Assembly: GCA_029976005.1 (NCBI GenBank)
Contig: JARKOQ010000218.1
Location: forward strand, 66,602 to 130,601
Length of the DNA stretch: 64,000 bases
Direction of reading: 5' to 3'
Source: Aggregatilineales bacterium
Lineage (GTDB): Bacteria > Chloroflexota > Anaerolineae > Aggregatilineales > Ch27
In this document: piece by piece, positions 34,610 to 45,671 of the stretch
Numbering within the stretch: position 1 is the first letter of the stretch
Layout: every line of letters begins with the position of its first letter
The notes under the pieces: generated by a model
What the model was told of the DNA's origin: nothing
What the model saw: the letters and a program-made list of their open reading frames with translations, nothing else
Database searches by the model: none
Made by a program: the position numbers and the translations under genes

Positions 34610-36199
34610 TCATTGATAGGCTTGATGCCGGGGTAATGTAAAATAGAAGGTGGAGCCTTGCTTCGGCTTGCTGGTCACGCCGATCGTGCCCCCATGCGCT
34701 TCCACCACGGCGCGCGACAGATAGAGTCCAAGACCAGTCCCCTGGGTTCGGCGCGTCAGGGCGTCATCCACCCGGTAGAACCGCTCAAAAATCCGCCCCA
34801 GTTCATCCTGGGGCAGCCCCACACCCTGGTCGCTCACGGCTACCCGTACCGTGTCGTCGTCGTAAGTGCCTTCCAGGCGGACTTCTCCCCCGTTCGGAGA
34901 GTATTTGACCGCATTACCGACCAGATTATCAAGGACTTGCCTCAACCTCAAGGAATCGCCGGGGATCACAGGAAAGTCCGGCGCGAATTTGATCACAAAG
35001 CGATGCTTGTCGGTCTGAGTCTTCATCCGGGTGACGGAGGCTTGAGCCAGCGCCAACAGGGATACGTCCTCGTATTTGAGGCGCATCCCCTCGGCCTGCA
35101 ATTTGGAGGCCGCCAGCAGGTTCTCGATGAGATCGGTCAGCCGATCCGCTTCCTCTTCAATGACGGCCAGGCTTTGCTGTACGACGCGCCGATCCCAGTT
35201 GGCGTCTTCCCGACGGAGCGTGCCCGCGTAGCCTTTGATCAGGGCGACGGGAGTCTTCAGCTCGTGCGACACCACGGAGATGAAGGTTGATTTCATCTCC
35301 TGGGCCTCGCGGAAATGAGTTACGTCGCGCACGTTGGCGATGATGTTGATCAACCGGCCGTCCGCGTCCGTCAGCGGCGCATAGGTAATGCCCACGCCGA
35401 TTCGCGTGCCGTCCGGTCGCATCAGGTCGCCTTCGACATACAGCGACGCGGCCTGCTCGTCCCGGCCTTGCGGCCAGCCGGACTGCATGGCTTCGGCCAG
35501 GTCAGTGCCATCTGGTCGGCTGGCCCAGGTCACGATCGCGTCGTAGGGTTGGCCAATCGCCTGATCGGGCAGCCAGCCGCTGATACTGCTCATGGCTTTG
35601 TTGAAAGTCTCGATCCGGCGCTGGGCATCGAGAATCATCACGCCATCCGCGCTGTGATCGAGAATGCTCGCCAGCCGCTTCTGTTCCCGCACCACCTCGG
35701 CGTACAGACGCGCGTTATGAACGGCGATCGCGGCCTGATCCGCGAAACTTTGCAAGACACGCTGGTCATTGGGAGAAGCCGTGCCGGTAAACGTGCGGAA
35801 CACGTAGATCATGCCGATCGCCTCGTGGCCGAGGTACATCGGCAGGGCGACCGCCTGCCGGAGAGGCAGGTCAAGCGCCTGGGCCACGGAGCGAAGCCGC
35901 CGATCGAATTCGGCCGGATCGAAAGCGTGGGTTTCCGGATCGATGATTTCCGGCGCGAGCAGCGGCTCAAACACCGAGACGTGCTCCGCCCCCACCCCAT
36001 ACACGGCCCGGACGCGCGTCCGGGCGGCGCGGGGATCGTGCAGCGCGATCAGCCCCACTTCCCCGGCGAGCATCGCCACGGATGCCCGGAGAATGAGGCG
36101 CAAGACCTCGCCCACGTCGAGCTGGGCGGTCATTGCGCGCGTAATCTCTAGCAGATAGTCGCGCTGGCGAACCCGGAAATCAGGCAGTAAGAGAACCAT
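34610..36199 (-). CDS. Cytoplasmic sensor histidine kinase (GAF-PAS-HisKA-HATPase_c)
   Basis: 529 aa. H-box is VSHELKTP, N-box is NLVGNAVKYS, G-boxes are DQGVGL and GTGLGL. No TM segment. Confidence 0.92.
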   Translation of the reverse strand: MVLLLPDFRVRQRDYLLEITRAMTAQLDVGEVLRLILRASVAMLAGEVGLIALHDPRAARTRVRAVYGVGAEHVSVFEPLLAPEIIDPETHAFDPAEFDRRLRSVAQALDLPLRQAVALPMYLGHEAIGMIYVFRTFTGTASPNDQRVLQSFADQAAIAVHNARLYAEVVREQKRLASILDHSADGVMILDAQRRIETFNKAMSSISGWLPDQAIGQPYDAIVTWASRPDGTDLAEAMQSGWPQGRDEQAASLYVEGDLMRPDGTRIGVGITYAPLTDADGRLINIIANVRDVTHFREAQEMKSTFISVVSHELKTPVALIKGYAGTLRREDANWDRRVVQQSLAVIEEEADRLTDLIENLLAASKLQAEGMRLKYEDVSLLALAQASVTRMKTQTDKHRFVIKFAPDFPVIPGDSLRLRQVLDNLVGNAVKYSPNGGEVRLEGTYDDDTVRVAVSDQGVGLPQDELGRIFERFYRVDDALTRRTQGTGLGLYLSRAVVEAHGGTIGVTSKPKQGSTFYFTLPRHQAYQ

Positions 36200-36205
36200 G
36201 GTCGC

Positions 36206-36214
36206 ATTGTATCA
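36206..36214 (-). promoter_or_regulatory. Extended -10 TGATACAAT placed 6 nt before the kinase ATG (leaderless transcript predicted)
   Basis: Minus strand reads CGTGATACAATGCGACCATG. No SD is possible in this spacing. Confidence 0.5.
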
Positions 36215-36285
36215 CGGGGGACGTTGCCCTCGGTAGATATCACGACAATTTCTAGCAACGTTCTAATAAATGGCACGGACAAGAG

Positions 36286-36316
36286 CAGGGGCAGAGCCGC
36301 TTGTGCCCTGCCCCTG
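36286..36316 (-). terminator. Weak terminator-like hairpin after the aminotransferase gene
   Basis: 9-bp stem CAGGGGCAG/CTGCCCCTG with a 13-nt loop. The U-tract is poor (CUCUUGU). Confidence 0.3.
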
Positions 36317-36342
36317 TGCACTGCCGATACCTCGCGCCTGAG

Positions 36343-37671
36343 CTACATCAGGTCCGCTTCCGCCTGGCCGAGCGCCCGGTCGAACATCGCAAGCGCCTCG
36401 CCGGCCATCTCCTGGGTCAGATTGAGTGGCGGCATGAAGCGCAGCGCGCTCGTGCCGCAGCCCAACAGCAGCAGCCCCTCGTTGAAGGCATGCTTGATTG
36501 CCTGATCGCGAACCGCCGCAAACGGCTTGCGGGTTTCGGGCGACTTGACCAGATCGATCCCGATCATCAACCCTTTGCCGCGCACCTGGCCGATGCTCGG
36601 ATGGCGCGGCATGATCTCGATCAGACCGTCCATCAGATACTGGCCCACCGCCGCCGCGTTGGCGATCATGCCGTTTTCCAGCAGATCGATCGTCGCCAGC
36701 GAAGCCGCGCAGGCCAGCGGGTTGCCGCCGTAGGTGCTCCCCTGCGCGCCGCGTCCCCAGGTCATCACGCTCTTGCGGGCAATGACGGCCCCCAGCGGCA
36801 GACCGCTGGCGATCCCCTTGGCGCTGCACACGATGTCCGGCTCGACGCCCCAATGTTGGAAAGCCCACCACTTGCCGGTGCGGCCCATCCCACTCTGCAC
36901 TTCGTCGGCGATCAGCATGATCCCGTATTTGTCGCACAGCTTGCGCAGTCCAGGCAGGAAGCCGTCCGGCGGGACGATGTATCCACCCTCGCCCTGAATA
37001 GGCTCGACCAGAATCCCGGCCACTTCGCCCGCCGGAACGATCGTCTGGAAGATGACGTCCTCGACGTAGGCCAGAATCCGCTCTCCGTAGTCCTGATACC
37101 CATCCAGGCTCAGAATGGGCCGGTAGGGATCGGGGTAAGGTACATGCGTGACGCCGGGCATCATGGGGAAATAATCAGCGCGTTGTTTGTACTTGCTGCT
37201 GGTAAAGGCCAGCGATCCCATCGTACGGCCGTGGAACCCCCCAATAAAGCCGAGGAACTGGGCGCGTCCGGTCCGATGACGGGCCAGCTTCAGCGCGGCT
37301 TCCACGGACTCCGTGCCGGAATTGCAGAAATAGACACGGGCCGGTTCCTCGAACGGGGCAATCTCGTCCAGCTTCTCGGCCAGCTTGACCTGCAGGGGCT
37401 CGTAGAAATCGGTGCCCGACATATGCAGGTATTTGGCCGCCTGATCCTGGACAGCCTTCACCACCTGGGGGTGGGCATGCCCGGTCGAGAGCACGGCAAT
37501 GCCGCTCGTGAAATCGATATACCGCTGGCCGTCAATATCCCAGACTTCGGCGCCCAGGCCGTGGTCGATGACAAAGGGATAATCTCGCATGTACGACGGG
37601 GTGATGACCTGCTGATCGCGCTCGATGATTTCCCGCGCCTTGGGCCCGGGGCTAAACACGACGTCCGACAT
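36343..37671 (-). CDS. Class III pyridoxal-phosphate-dependent aminotransferase (GabT/ArgD-like)
   Basis: 442 aa with GHAHP, DEVQSGMGRTGKWWA and CSAKGIASGLPLG (PLP Lys). Confidence 0.9.
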   Translation of the reverse strand: MSDVVFSPGPKAREIIERDQQVITPSYMRDYPFVIDHGLGAEVWDIDGQRYIDFTSGIAVLSTGHAHPQVVKAVQDQAAKYLHMSGTDFYEPLQVKLAEKLDEIAPFEEPARVYFCNSGTESVEAALKLARHRTGRAQFLGFIGGFHGRTMGSLAFTSSKYKQRADYFPMMPGVTHVPYPDPYRPILSLDGYQDYGERILAYVEDVIFQTIVPAGEVAGILVEPIQGEGGYIVPPDGFLPGLRKLCDKYGIMLIADEVQSGMGRTGKWWAFQHWGVEPDIVCSAKGIASGLPLGAVIARKSVMTWGRGAQGSTYGGNPLACAASLATIDLLENGMIANAAAVGQYLMDGLIEIMPRHPSIGQVRGKGLMIGIDLVKSPETRKPFAAVRDQAIKHAFNEGLLLLGCGTSALRFMPPLNLTQEMAGEALAMFDRALGQAEADLM

Positions 37672-37701
37672 AGAATCCTCCCCTCATCGGGTGTATGGGT
37701 A

Positions 37702-38658
37702 TCAATCCACCTGTAGCTGTAGACTCTGAAACGCAAGAACCGCCGCGCCAATGATGGCCACATCTTCGCCCAGGGCAGCCGGCACAATCGAGCACCTGTC
37801 AAAGTAAGCGGGGTCAATCACGTGGGCGCGGGCCGCCTCCCGCATGGGCTTGAACAACAGTTCGCCCAGCGAGGTCACGCCGCCACCGACCACGAAGATC
37901 GAGGGGTTGAACAGATGCATCATGCTGGCGATGGCATATCCGACGATCTTCCCGGAATGCTCGACTGCTTCCAGGGCCAGCGGATCGCCCTGCTGGGCCG
38001 CCTGCCCCACCACCTTCCCAGAGACCGCATCCAGTCTGCCCCCGACCATATCCACGATCCGGGACTGGACGCCTTCTTGAATCCGGCGCACGGCATAGCG
38101 CCCCAGAGCCGGACCTGCGGCTTCCAGTTCCAGGGTGGAAACGCGCTCGCCGTCGGCCAGCATCACGATGTGCCCCAGTTCGCCGCCCAGGCCATACGCG
38201 CCCAGCAGGAGCTTGCCATCGATCACGATCCCGCCGCCGATCCCGGTGCTGACCGTGATGTAGATGGCGTGTTTGTGGCCGATCGCGGCCCCTTTGTAGA
38301 CTTCGGCCAGCGCCGCTACGTTGGCGTCATTGCCCAGAAAGGCCGGAATCCCAAAGCGCTCCTGCACGATCCGGCCCAGCGGGGTGTTGTGCCAGCCGGG
38401 CAGATTGGGCGGAGCGACGATCGCTCCCGTATTGGGCTCGATCGGGCCGGGCGAGGAAATGCCAATGGCGGCAATGGGGACCTCGGATTTTTGGATCGCC
38501 GTCTCGATCATCTTCAGTAGACGGGGCAGCGTCACGGCCGGCCCTTCGTGGGCCCGTGTGGGTTCTTCGGCACGCTCATACAAGTGGTAATCGCTGTCAA
38601 GGATCGCCACGCGCATTCGCGTGCCGCCCAGGTCCACGCCTACGACTCGAGTTTCCAT
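37702..38658 (-). CDS. ROK-family sugar kinase (glucokinase-like)
   Basis: 318 aa from METRVVGVDLGGT. ROK signatures are GNDANVAALAE and GIGGGIV. The zinc Cys motif is not evident. AAAGGA lies 9 nt before ATG 38658. Confidence 0.85.
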   Translation of the reverse strand: METRVVGVDLGGTRMRVAILDSDYHLYERAEEPTRAHEGPAVTLPRLLKMIETAIQKSEVPIAAIGISSPGPIEPNTGAIVAPPNLPGWHNTPLGRIVQERFGIPAFLGNDANVAALAEVYKGAAIGHKHAIYITVSTGIGGGIVIDGKLLLGAYGLGGELGHIVMLADGERVSTLELEAAGPALGRYAVRRIQEGVQSRIVDMVGGRLDAVSGKVVGQAAQQGDPLALEAVEHSGKIVGYAIASMMHLFNPSIFVVGGGVTSLGELLFKPMREAARAHVIDPAYFDRCSIVPAALGEDVAIIGAAVLAFQSLQLQVD

Positions 38659-38675
38659 AGGCGCCAATCCTTTCT

Positions 38676-38684
38676 AGAGTATCA
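38676..38684 (-). promoter_or_regulatory. Extended -10-like TGATACTCT upstream of the ROK kinase gene
   Basis: Minus strand reads CTGATACTCTAGAAAGGATTGGCGCCTATG. Confidence 0.35.
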
Positions 38685-38700
38685 GAACTCGGGTAAGTGG

Positions 38701-38731
38701 TTGTGACTTAGGCGTCGCGGCATGATAGAAT
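38701..38731 (+). promoter_or_regulatory. Promoter TTGTGA...TGATAGAAT upstream of mutS
   Basis: Extended -10 TGATAGAAT at 38723-38731, with a TTGTGACT -35-like sequence at 38701-38708. About 60 nt before ATG 38791. Confidence 0.45.
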
Positions 38732-38790
38732 ACGCCGCAGGATTGTAGCGCGTCCTGCATCTATTGTGCCAGATCACCCGATAGAACCCT

Positions 38791-41394
38791 ATGGCAAAAG
38801 TCACCCCTGTCCGCAGACAATATCTAGAAGTCAAACAGCAGTACCCCAACACGATCGTCTTTTTCCGGCTGGGCGACTTCTACGAGACGTTCGATCAGGA
38901 CGCCGAGATCGCAGCCCGCGAACTGGACCTGGTCCTGACCAGCCGGCCGGTGGCCAAAGGCCAGCGCGTCCCCATGGCCGGCATCCCGCACCACGCTGCG
39001 GAAAACTACATCGCGCGCCTGATCGACAAGGGCTATCACGTCGCCGTCTGCGAGCAGATCGGCGATACCCCTATCGACGGACTGGTGCCGCGCGAGGTGA
39101 CCCGTGTAGTCACGCCGGGCACGGTCGTCGAGCCGGGAATGCTCGCCGAGCGGCGCAACAACTACCTGATGGCCGTCTACCCGGAGCGCGAGCGGGGCGG
39201 CGACTGGCTGCACGCCGGGATCGCCTATGTGGACATCACAACCGGCGAGTTCGCCGCCACCCAGATCGACGGCGATCAGACCCCGGTCAGCGTCATGGAG
39301 GAGCTGGCCCGCCTGGGGCCGCGCGAGGTAATTTTCCCCCAAAGCTGGGTCGATCAGGGCATCACCCTGCCCGACAAAGCCCACCTGACTCCCTTCCCGG
39401 ACTGGCACTTCGAGTCGGGCAATGCCCGCCAGGCGCTGCTGACTCACTTCCAGGTACGCGACCTGTCCGGATTCGATCTGGAAGGCCGGCCGCTGGCGAT
39501 CAATGCCGCCGGGGCAATCCTCCGTTATCTGAGCGACACGCAGCGTCAAGGCCTCGGCCAGTTGATGACTCTGCGTGTCTATTCGACCGAAGCCTTCATG
39601 CTCCTGGATCGCAGCACCCGGCGCAACCTGGAGCTAACCGAGACGATCCGCACCGGCCAGGCCCAGGGTAGCCTGTTGGGCGTGCTTGATCGGACGGTCA
39701 CGCCAATGGGCGGCCGCCTCCTGCGCCGCTGGCTGAATGAGCCGCTACTCGATCTCAAGCGCCTCGTGGCCCGCCAGGAAGCCGTCGCCGCCTTCTTCGA
39801 GAACACGACCATCCGCACCGAAGCCACGGCCACGCTCAGACAGGTCGCCGACCTGGAACGGCTCGCCAACCGCGCCATCACCGGCATCGCCGGGCCGCGC
39901 GACCTGGTCGCCCTGCGCGATAGTCTGTCGGTTGTCCCCGCCCTGCGCGGCCTGATCGTCTCCCTGCCGGCCCTGCGCAGCCTGCACGATGCCCTCGACC
40001 CGTGCGACGAGGCCGCCGAGCTGATCGGGCGCGCCATCGCCGATGACCCACCCGCCAACCTGAACACGACCGGCGTGATCCGGCCGGGCTATTCCCCGGA
40101 ACTGGACGGCGTGCACGCCAGCACACGCAACGCGCGGGAATGGGTGGCCAGCCTGGAGGAGACCGAGCGCGAGCGCCTGGGCATCAAGACTCTCAAGGTC
40201 GGCTACAACAAGGTCTTTGGCTACTACATCGAGATCAGCAAAAGCCAGAGCAAAAACGCCCCGCCGGAGTACATCCGCAAGCAGACAATCGTCAACGGCG
40301 AGCGCTACATCACCCCGGAACTGAAGGAATACGAGTCGCTCATTCTCAACGCCGAGGAGCGCATCCACGAGATCGAAGCCCGGCTGTTCCGGGAGGTCGT
40401 CCAGGCGGTCGCGGCCCGCGGCGAGAACCTGCTGCGCACGGCCCGCGCCCTGGCGCACCTGGACAGCTTCGCCTCGCTGGCGGAAGTGGCCGCCCGCGAG
40501 CGTTACGTGCGCCCGCTGCTGACCGAGGACGATCGGCTCGTCATCCGCGAAGGCCGCCACCCGGTCGTGGAGCGCCTGCTCAAGAACGAGCGCTACACGC
40601 CCAACGATGTGATCTTCGACGAAGAACAGCGCCTGCTGATCATCACCGGCCCCAACATGTCCGGCAAGAGCACCTTCATCCGCCAGGTCGCGCTGATCAC
40701 GCTGATGGCCCAGATCGGCAGCTTCGTCCCGGCCGACGAAGCCACGATCGGTCTGGTCGATCGCATCTTCACCCGCATTGGCGCGCAGGACGAGATTCAC
40801 GCCGGGCAGAGCACGTTCATGGTCGAGATGGTGGAGACGGCGCGCATCCTCTCCGGCGGGACGCGGCGCAGTCTGGTCATCCTGGACGAGGTCGGGCGCG
40901 GCACGAGCACCTACGACGGCATGGCCATCGCCCGCGCCGTGGTGGAATATCTGCACAACAATCCGCGCCTCGGCTGCAAGACTCTGTTCGCTACCCACTA
41001 CCACGAGTTAATCGAGCTGGCGAGCATCCTGCCCCGCGTGCGCAACTACAATGTGGCGGTGGCCGAGGAAGGGGATAATATTGTCTTCCTGCACAAGGTC
41101 CTGCCGGGCGGCGCCAACCGCTCGTACGGCGTCCACGTGGCCCAGCTTGCGGGCGTGCCCAAGGCGGTCATCAACCGGGCCAACGAAATCCTGGCCGAGC
41201 TTGAGGAAGCGGGCAGCGACTTCAGCCTGAAATCACGCCAGCCCACCGGCCCGCGCCAGCTCAACCTGTTTTCAATGGAACCGCCGCGCGCCTTGCAGGA
41301 GCTTCTGGAACTGAACGTGGACGAACTGACGCCGCTCGATGCGATCACCCGTCTGTACGAGTTGAAGCGGCTCGCGGCTGAGGATAAGGAGTGA
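38791..41394 (+). CDS. mutS: DNA mismatch repair protein MutS
   Basis: 867 aa. TPVRRQYLEVKQQYP...FFRLGDFYE at the N-terminus, Walker A GPNMSGKSTF, and DEVGRGTSTYDG. Confidence 0.96.
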   Translation: MAKVTPVRRQYLEVKQQYPNTIVFFRLGDFYETFDQDAEIAARELDLVLTSRPVAKGQRVPMAGIPHHAAENYIARLIDKGYHVAVCEQIGDTPIDGLVPREVTRVVTPGTVVEPGMLAERRNNYLMAVYPERERGGDWLHAGIAYVDITTGEFAATQIDGDQTPVSVMEELARLGPREVIFPQSWVDQGITLPDKAHLTPFPDWHFESGNARQALLTHFQVRDLSGFDLEGRPLAINAAGAILRYLSDTQRQGLGQLMTLRVYSTEAFMLLDRSTRRNLELTETIRTGQAQGSLLGVLDRTVTPMGGRLLRRWLNEPLLDLKRLVARQEAVAAFFENTTIRTEATATLRQVADLERLANRAITGIAGPRDLVALRDSLSVVPALRGLIVSLPALRSLHDALDPCDEAAELIGRAIADDPPANLNTTGVIRPGYSPELDGVHASTRNAREWVASLEETERERLGIKTLKVGYNKVFGYYIEISKSQSKNAPPEYIRKQTIVNGERYITPELKEYESLILNAEERIHEIEARLFREVVQAVAARGENLLRTARALAHLDSFASLAEVAARERYVRPLLTEDDRLVIREGRHPVVERLLKNERYTPNDVIFDEEQRLLIITGPNMSGKSTFIRQVALITLMAQIGSFVPADEATIGLVDRIFTRIGAQDEIHAGQSTFMVEMVETARILSGGTRRSLVILDEVGRGTSTYDGMAIARAVVEYLHNNPRLGCKTLFATHYHELIELASILPRVRNYNVAVAEEGDNIVFLHKVLPGGANRSYGVHVAQLAGVPKAVINRANEILAELEEAGSDFSLKSRQPTGPRQLNLFSMEPPRALQELLELNVDELTPLDAITRLYELKRLAAEDKE

Positions 41395-41396
41395 CC

Positions 41397-41642
41397 ATGC
41401 CAACCTACAACTATGCCTGTCTCGACTGCCAGTCGGCCTTCAAAGCCCACCTGTCCTATTCTGAGTTGGACAGCGCCCATCCTGTCTGCCCGGAGTGCGG
41501 CAGCACCCACTGCGAGCGCACCCTGTGCAGTGTCAACCTGGGCCGGGGCGCGTCCTCCGGCGGCAGCACCTACGAAGGAAGCAGCTCAAGCGGCGGCTGC
41601 GCTGGTTGCAGCGGCGGAAGCTGCGCCACCTGCCATCACTAG
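41397..41642 (+). CDS. FmdB-family zinc-ribbon protein
   Basis: 81 aa from MPTYNYACLDCQ...CPECGS, with a Gly/Ser/Cys-rich tail. The AAGGAG SD is formed by the last mutS codons. Confidence 0.8.
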   Translation: MPTYNYACLDCQSAFKAHLSYSELDSAHPVCPECGSTHCERTLCSVNLGRGASSGGSTYEGSSSSGGCAGCSGGSCATCHH

Positions 41643-41647
41643 GCACG

Positions 41648-41688
41648 AAAAAGCGCCCGCCGAAAACACGCTCCGGCGGACGCTTTTT
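41648..41688. terminator. Bidirectional rho-independent terminator
   Basis: AAAAAGCG-CCGCCG...CGGCGG-CGCTTTTT, between fmdB (+) and the DUF1385 gene (-). Confidence 0.75.
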
Positions 41689-41706
41689 GTTGTCAGGTGA
41701 CCTGCA

Positions 41707-42783
41707 TCAGCGGGCCGGCGCGGCGGCTTCTTCAGGCTCGGCAGGCGTTGGAGCAACGGCGCCGGGCAGATGCGCCCGCTCGGATTCCAGCACGCGCTGA
41801 AGGGCCACGATCGCCACTTCCAGGATCGAGGCGTCGGGCTGGTTGGTGGTAAGGCGCTGCAAGGCCAGGCTCGGCGCGACCATCACCCGCACCCAGGGTC
41901 TATCCATCCGGGCCGCCGTGAACTTGATGTACTCGTAGGCGATTCCGGCGATCACCGGGATCAGCAGCACCCGCGAGAGCAGCAGCCAGATGAAAGGCGG
42001 CCGCCCCAGCACCGAAAAGACCAGCACGCTGATCACGGCGACCACCAGCAGGAAGCCGGTGCCGCAGCGCGGATGCTCCAGCGGGAAGCGGGCCACCTCG
42101 TCGGTGGTCAGCGGCGCGCCGGCTTCATAGGCATTGATCGTTTTGTGCTCCGCGCCGTGATAGCGGAACACGCGGGCGATGTCTTCCATCCGGCCGATCA
42201 GCCAGATGTACCCGATGATCAGGACGAGCCGGATCACGCCTTCCATCAGGTTCGCCAGGAACTCGGTACCCGGCCCCATCCCCAGCAGGTTTTCGATCAG
42301 GTTGGAAACAGCCGCGGGCAGCAGGAAGAACAGCCCGATACCAAAGGCCAGCGCCACGACCAACGTACCGATCCCCAGCGGCCCGTTGAAACTGACATCC
42401 TCTTCCTCGCCCAACGCGATGTCCGCCGACCACATCAGCGCGCGCGTGCCAAGGCCCAGCGAGTCCCACAGCATCGTCAGCCCGCGAATGAAGGGGATTT
42501 TGCTAATCCGGCCGCGATACAGAGCCGCGTTGATCGGCTGCTCGTGGATCACGATCTGGCCTTTCGGGTCGCGCACCGCGACGGCCATGTTGTACGCGCC
42601 GCGCATCATGACGCCTTCCATCACTGCCTGCCCGCCGTAGGAGAACTTCAGCGGCTTATCGGCTCCCGGCGCGCTGGCGACCTGCTCCTGTGGCTCGGCC
42701 GTTAGCCAGTGCCGGACCAGCCGCGCCGCCAGCAGCACCCGCCGAATTCGTTTGTGGTTTCCAGTCTGCTCGCCCATCCTCAT
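41707..42783 (-). CDS. DUF1385 family membrane protein
   Basis: 358 aa from MRMGEQ. YGGQAVMEGVMMRG and RYHGAEHKTINAYE are DUF1385 hallmarks. AAGGAG lies 10 nt before ATG 42783. Confidence 0.88.
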   Translation of the reverse strand: MRMGEQTGNHKRIRRVLLAARLVRHWLTAEPQEQVASAPGADKPLKFSYGGQAVMEGVMMRGAYNMAVAVRDPKGQIVIHEQPINAALYRGRISKIPFIRGLTMLWDSLGLGTRALMWSADIALGEEEDVSFNGPLGIGTLVVALAFGIGLFFLLPAAVSNLIENLLGMGPGTEFLANLMEGVIRLVLIIGYIWLIGRMEDIARVFRYHGAEHKTINAYEAGAPLTTDEVARFPLEHPRCGTGFLLVVAVISVLVFSVLGRPPFIWLLLSRVLLIPVIAGIAYEYIKFTAARMDRPWVRVMVAPSLALQRLTTNQPDASILEVAIVALQRVLESERAHLPGAVAPTPAEPEEAAAPAR

Positions 42784-42848
42784 CCAACTCAGCTCCTTAC
42801 TCCTACGAAAATCATGTACGCTTTTCAAAAAAAGCCATTTACGCCTGC

Positions 42849-44573
<1,725 letters not shown>

Positions 44574-44724
44574 CGAGATGCCAACCGCCGTTCTATCCTG
44601 ACCGCGAGACTCCTAGATTAACACGCCGCGCGCCCTCCGACAACCAGCCTTGTGCATGAATCACGTTTGCGTTACCATCCGGCCTCACGTCGTGAGCCGC
44701 TCGTGCAGCGAGGACAATGGACCG

Positions 44725-45657
44725 ATGACCCGAGTCGTGTTCATGGGAACGCCCGATTTCGCCGTGCCGGCCCTCGAGGCCCTGGTCGCCCAGCCCACCC
44801 TGGACGTGGTCGGGGTGGTCACCCAGCCTGATCGCCCCGCCGGGCGCGGCCAGACCCTCCAGGCCCCGCCAGTCAAGCTTGTGGCGCAGGCGCATGGCCT
44901 GCCGGTCATCCAACCGGCCAGCCTGCGCAAGCCGGAAGCATTCGAGGCGCTGGCCGCCTGGCAGCCCGACCTGATCGTGGTCGCCGCCTTCGGCCAGATT
45001 CTGCGCCAGAACGTGCTCGATCTGCCCGCGAAGGGCTGCATAAACGTGCACGCCTCGCTGCTGCCCCGCTGGCGCGGCGCGGCCCCGATCCAGGCCGCGA
45101 TCCGGGCCGGGGATGCCGAGAGTGGAATCACCATCATGCGGATGGACGCCGGGCTGGATACCGGGCCGATGCTCTCCCAATTTGCCATTCGCCTCGCCCC
45201 GGACGAGACCGGCCAGACCCTGCACGACCGGCTTGCCGAGCTGGGCGGCCATCTCCTGGTCGAAACGCTGCCGGCCTACCTGTCCGGCGCGCTCCAGCCG
45301 CAGCCGCAGCCCACCGACGAACACCTGATCACCTACGCGGGCCAGATCAAAAAAGAAGAAGGGCAGATCGACTGGAGCCGCAGCGCCCAGGAGATCGACC
45401 GGCTGGTGCGCGCCTTCACCCCCTGGCCGGGCACCTTCACCACCTGGAACGGCAGGCTGCTTAAGATTAAAGCCGGACGGCCCATGCACGGCCATGCCAC
45501 ACCGGGCGCGGTCGTCTCCCACCCGGATGGGCTGGCCGTCGGCACGGCCGATGGGCTGTATCTCCTGACCCTGCTCCAGCTCGAAGGCAAGCGCGAAACC
45601 GATGCCTCCGCTTTCGCGCGCGGCTACGGTGATTTCGTCGGGAGTGTACTCGGCTAA
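44725..45657 (+). CDS. fmt: Methionyl-tRNA formyltransferase
   Basis: 310 aa from MTRVVFMGTPDFAVPAL. Also contains HASLLPRWRGAAPIQ. Confidence 0.94.
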   Translation: MTRVVFMGTPDFAVPALEALVAQPTLDVVGVVTQPDRPAGRGQTLQAPPVKLVAQAHGLPVIQPASLRKPEAFEALAAWQPDLIVVAAFGQILRQNVLDLPAKGCINVHASLLPRWRGAAPIQAAIRAGDAESGITIMRMDAGLDTGPMLSQFAIRLAPDETGQTLHDRLAELGGHLLVETLPAYLSGALQPQPQPTDEHLITYAGQIKKEEGQIDWSRSAQEIDRLVRAFTPWPGTFTTWNGRLLKIKAGRPMHGHATPGAVVSHPDGLAVGTADGLYLLTLLQLEGKRETDASAFARGYGDFVGSVLG

Positions 45658-45671
45658 CAGGCGGCACTGCT

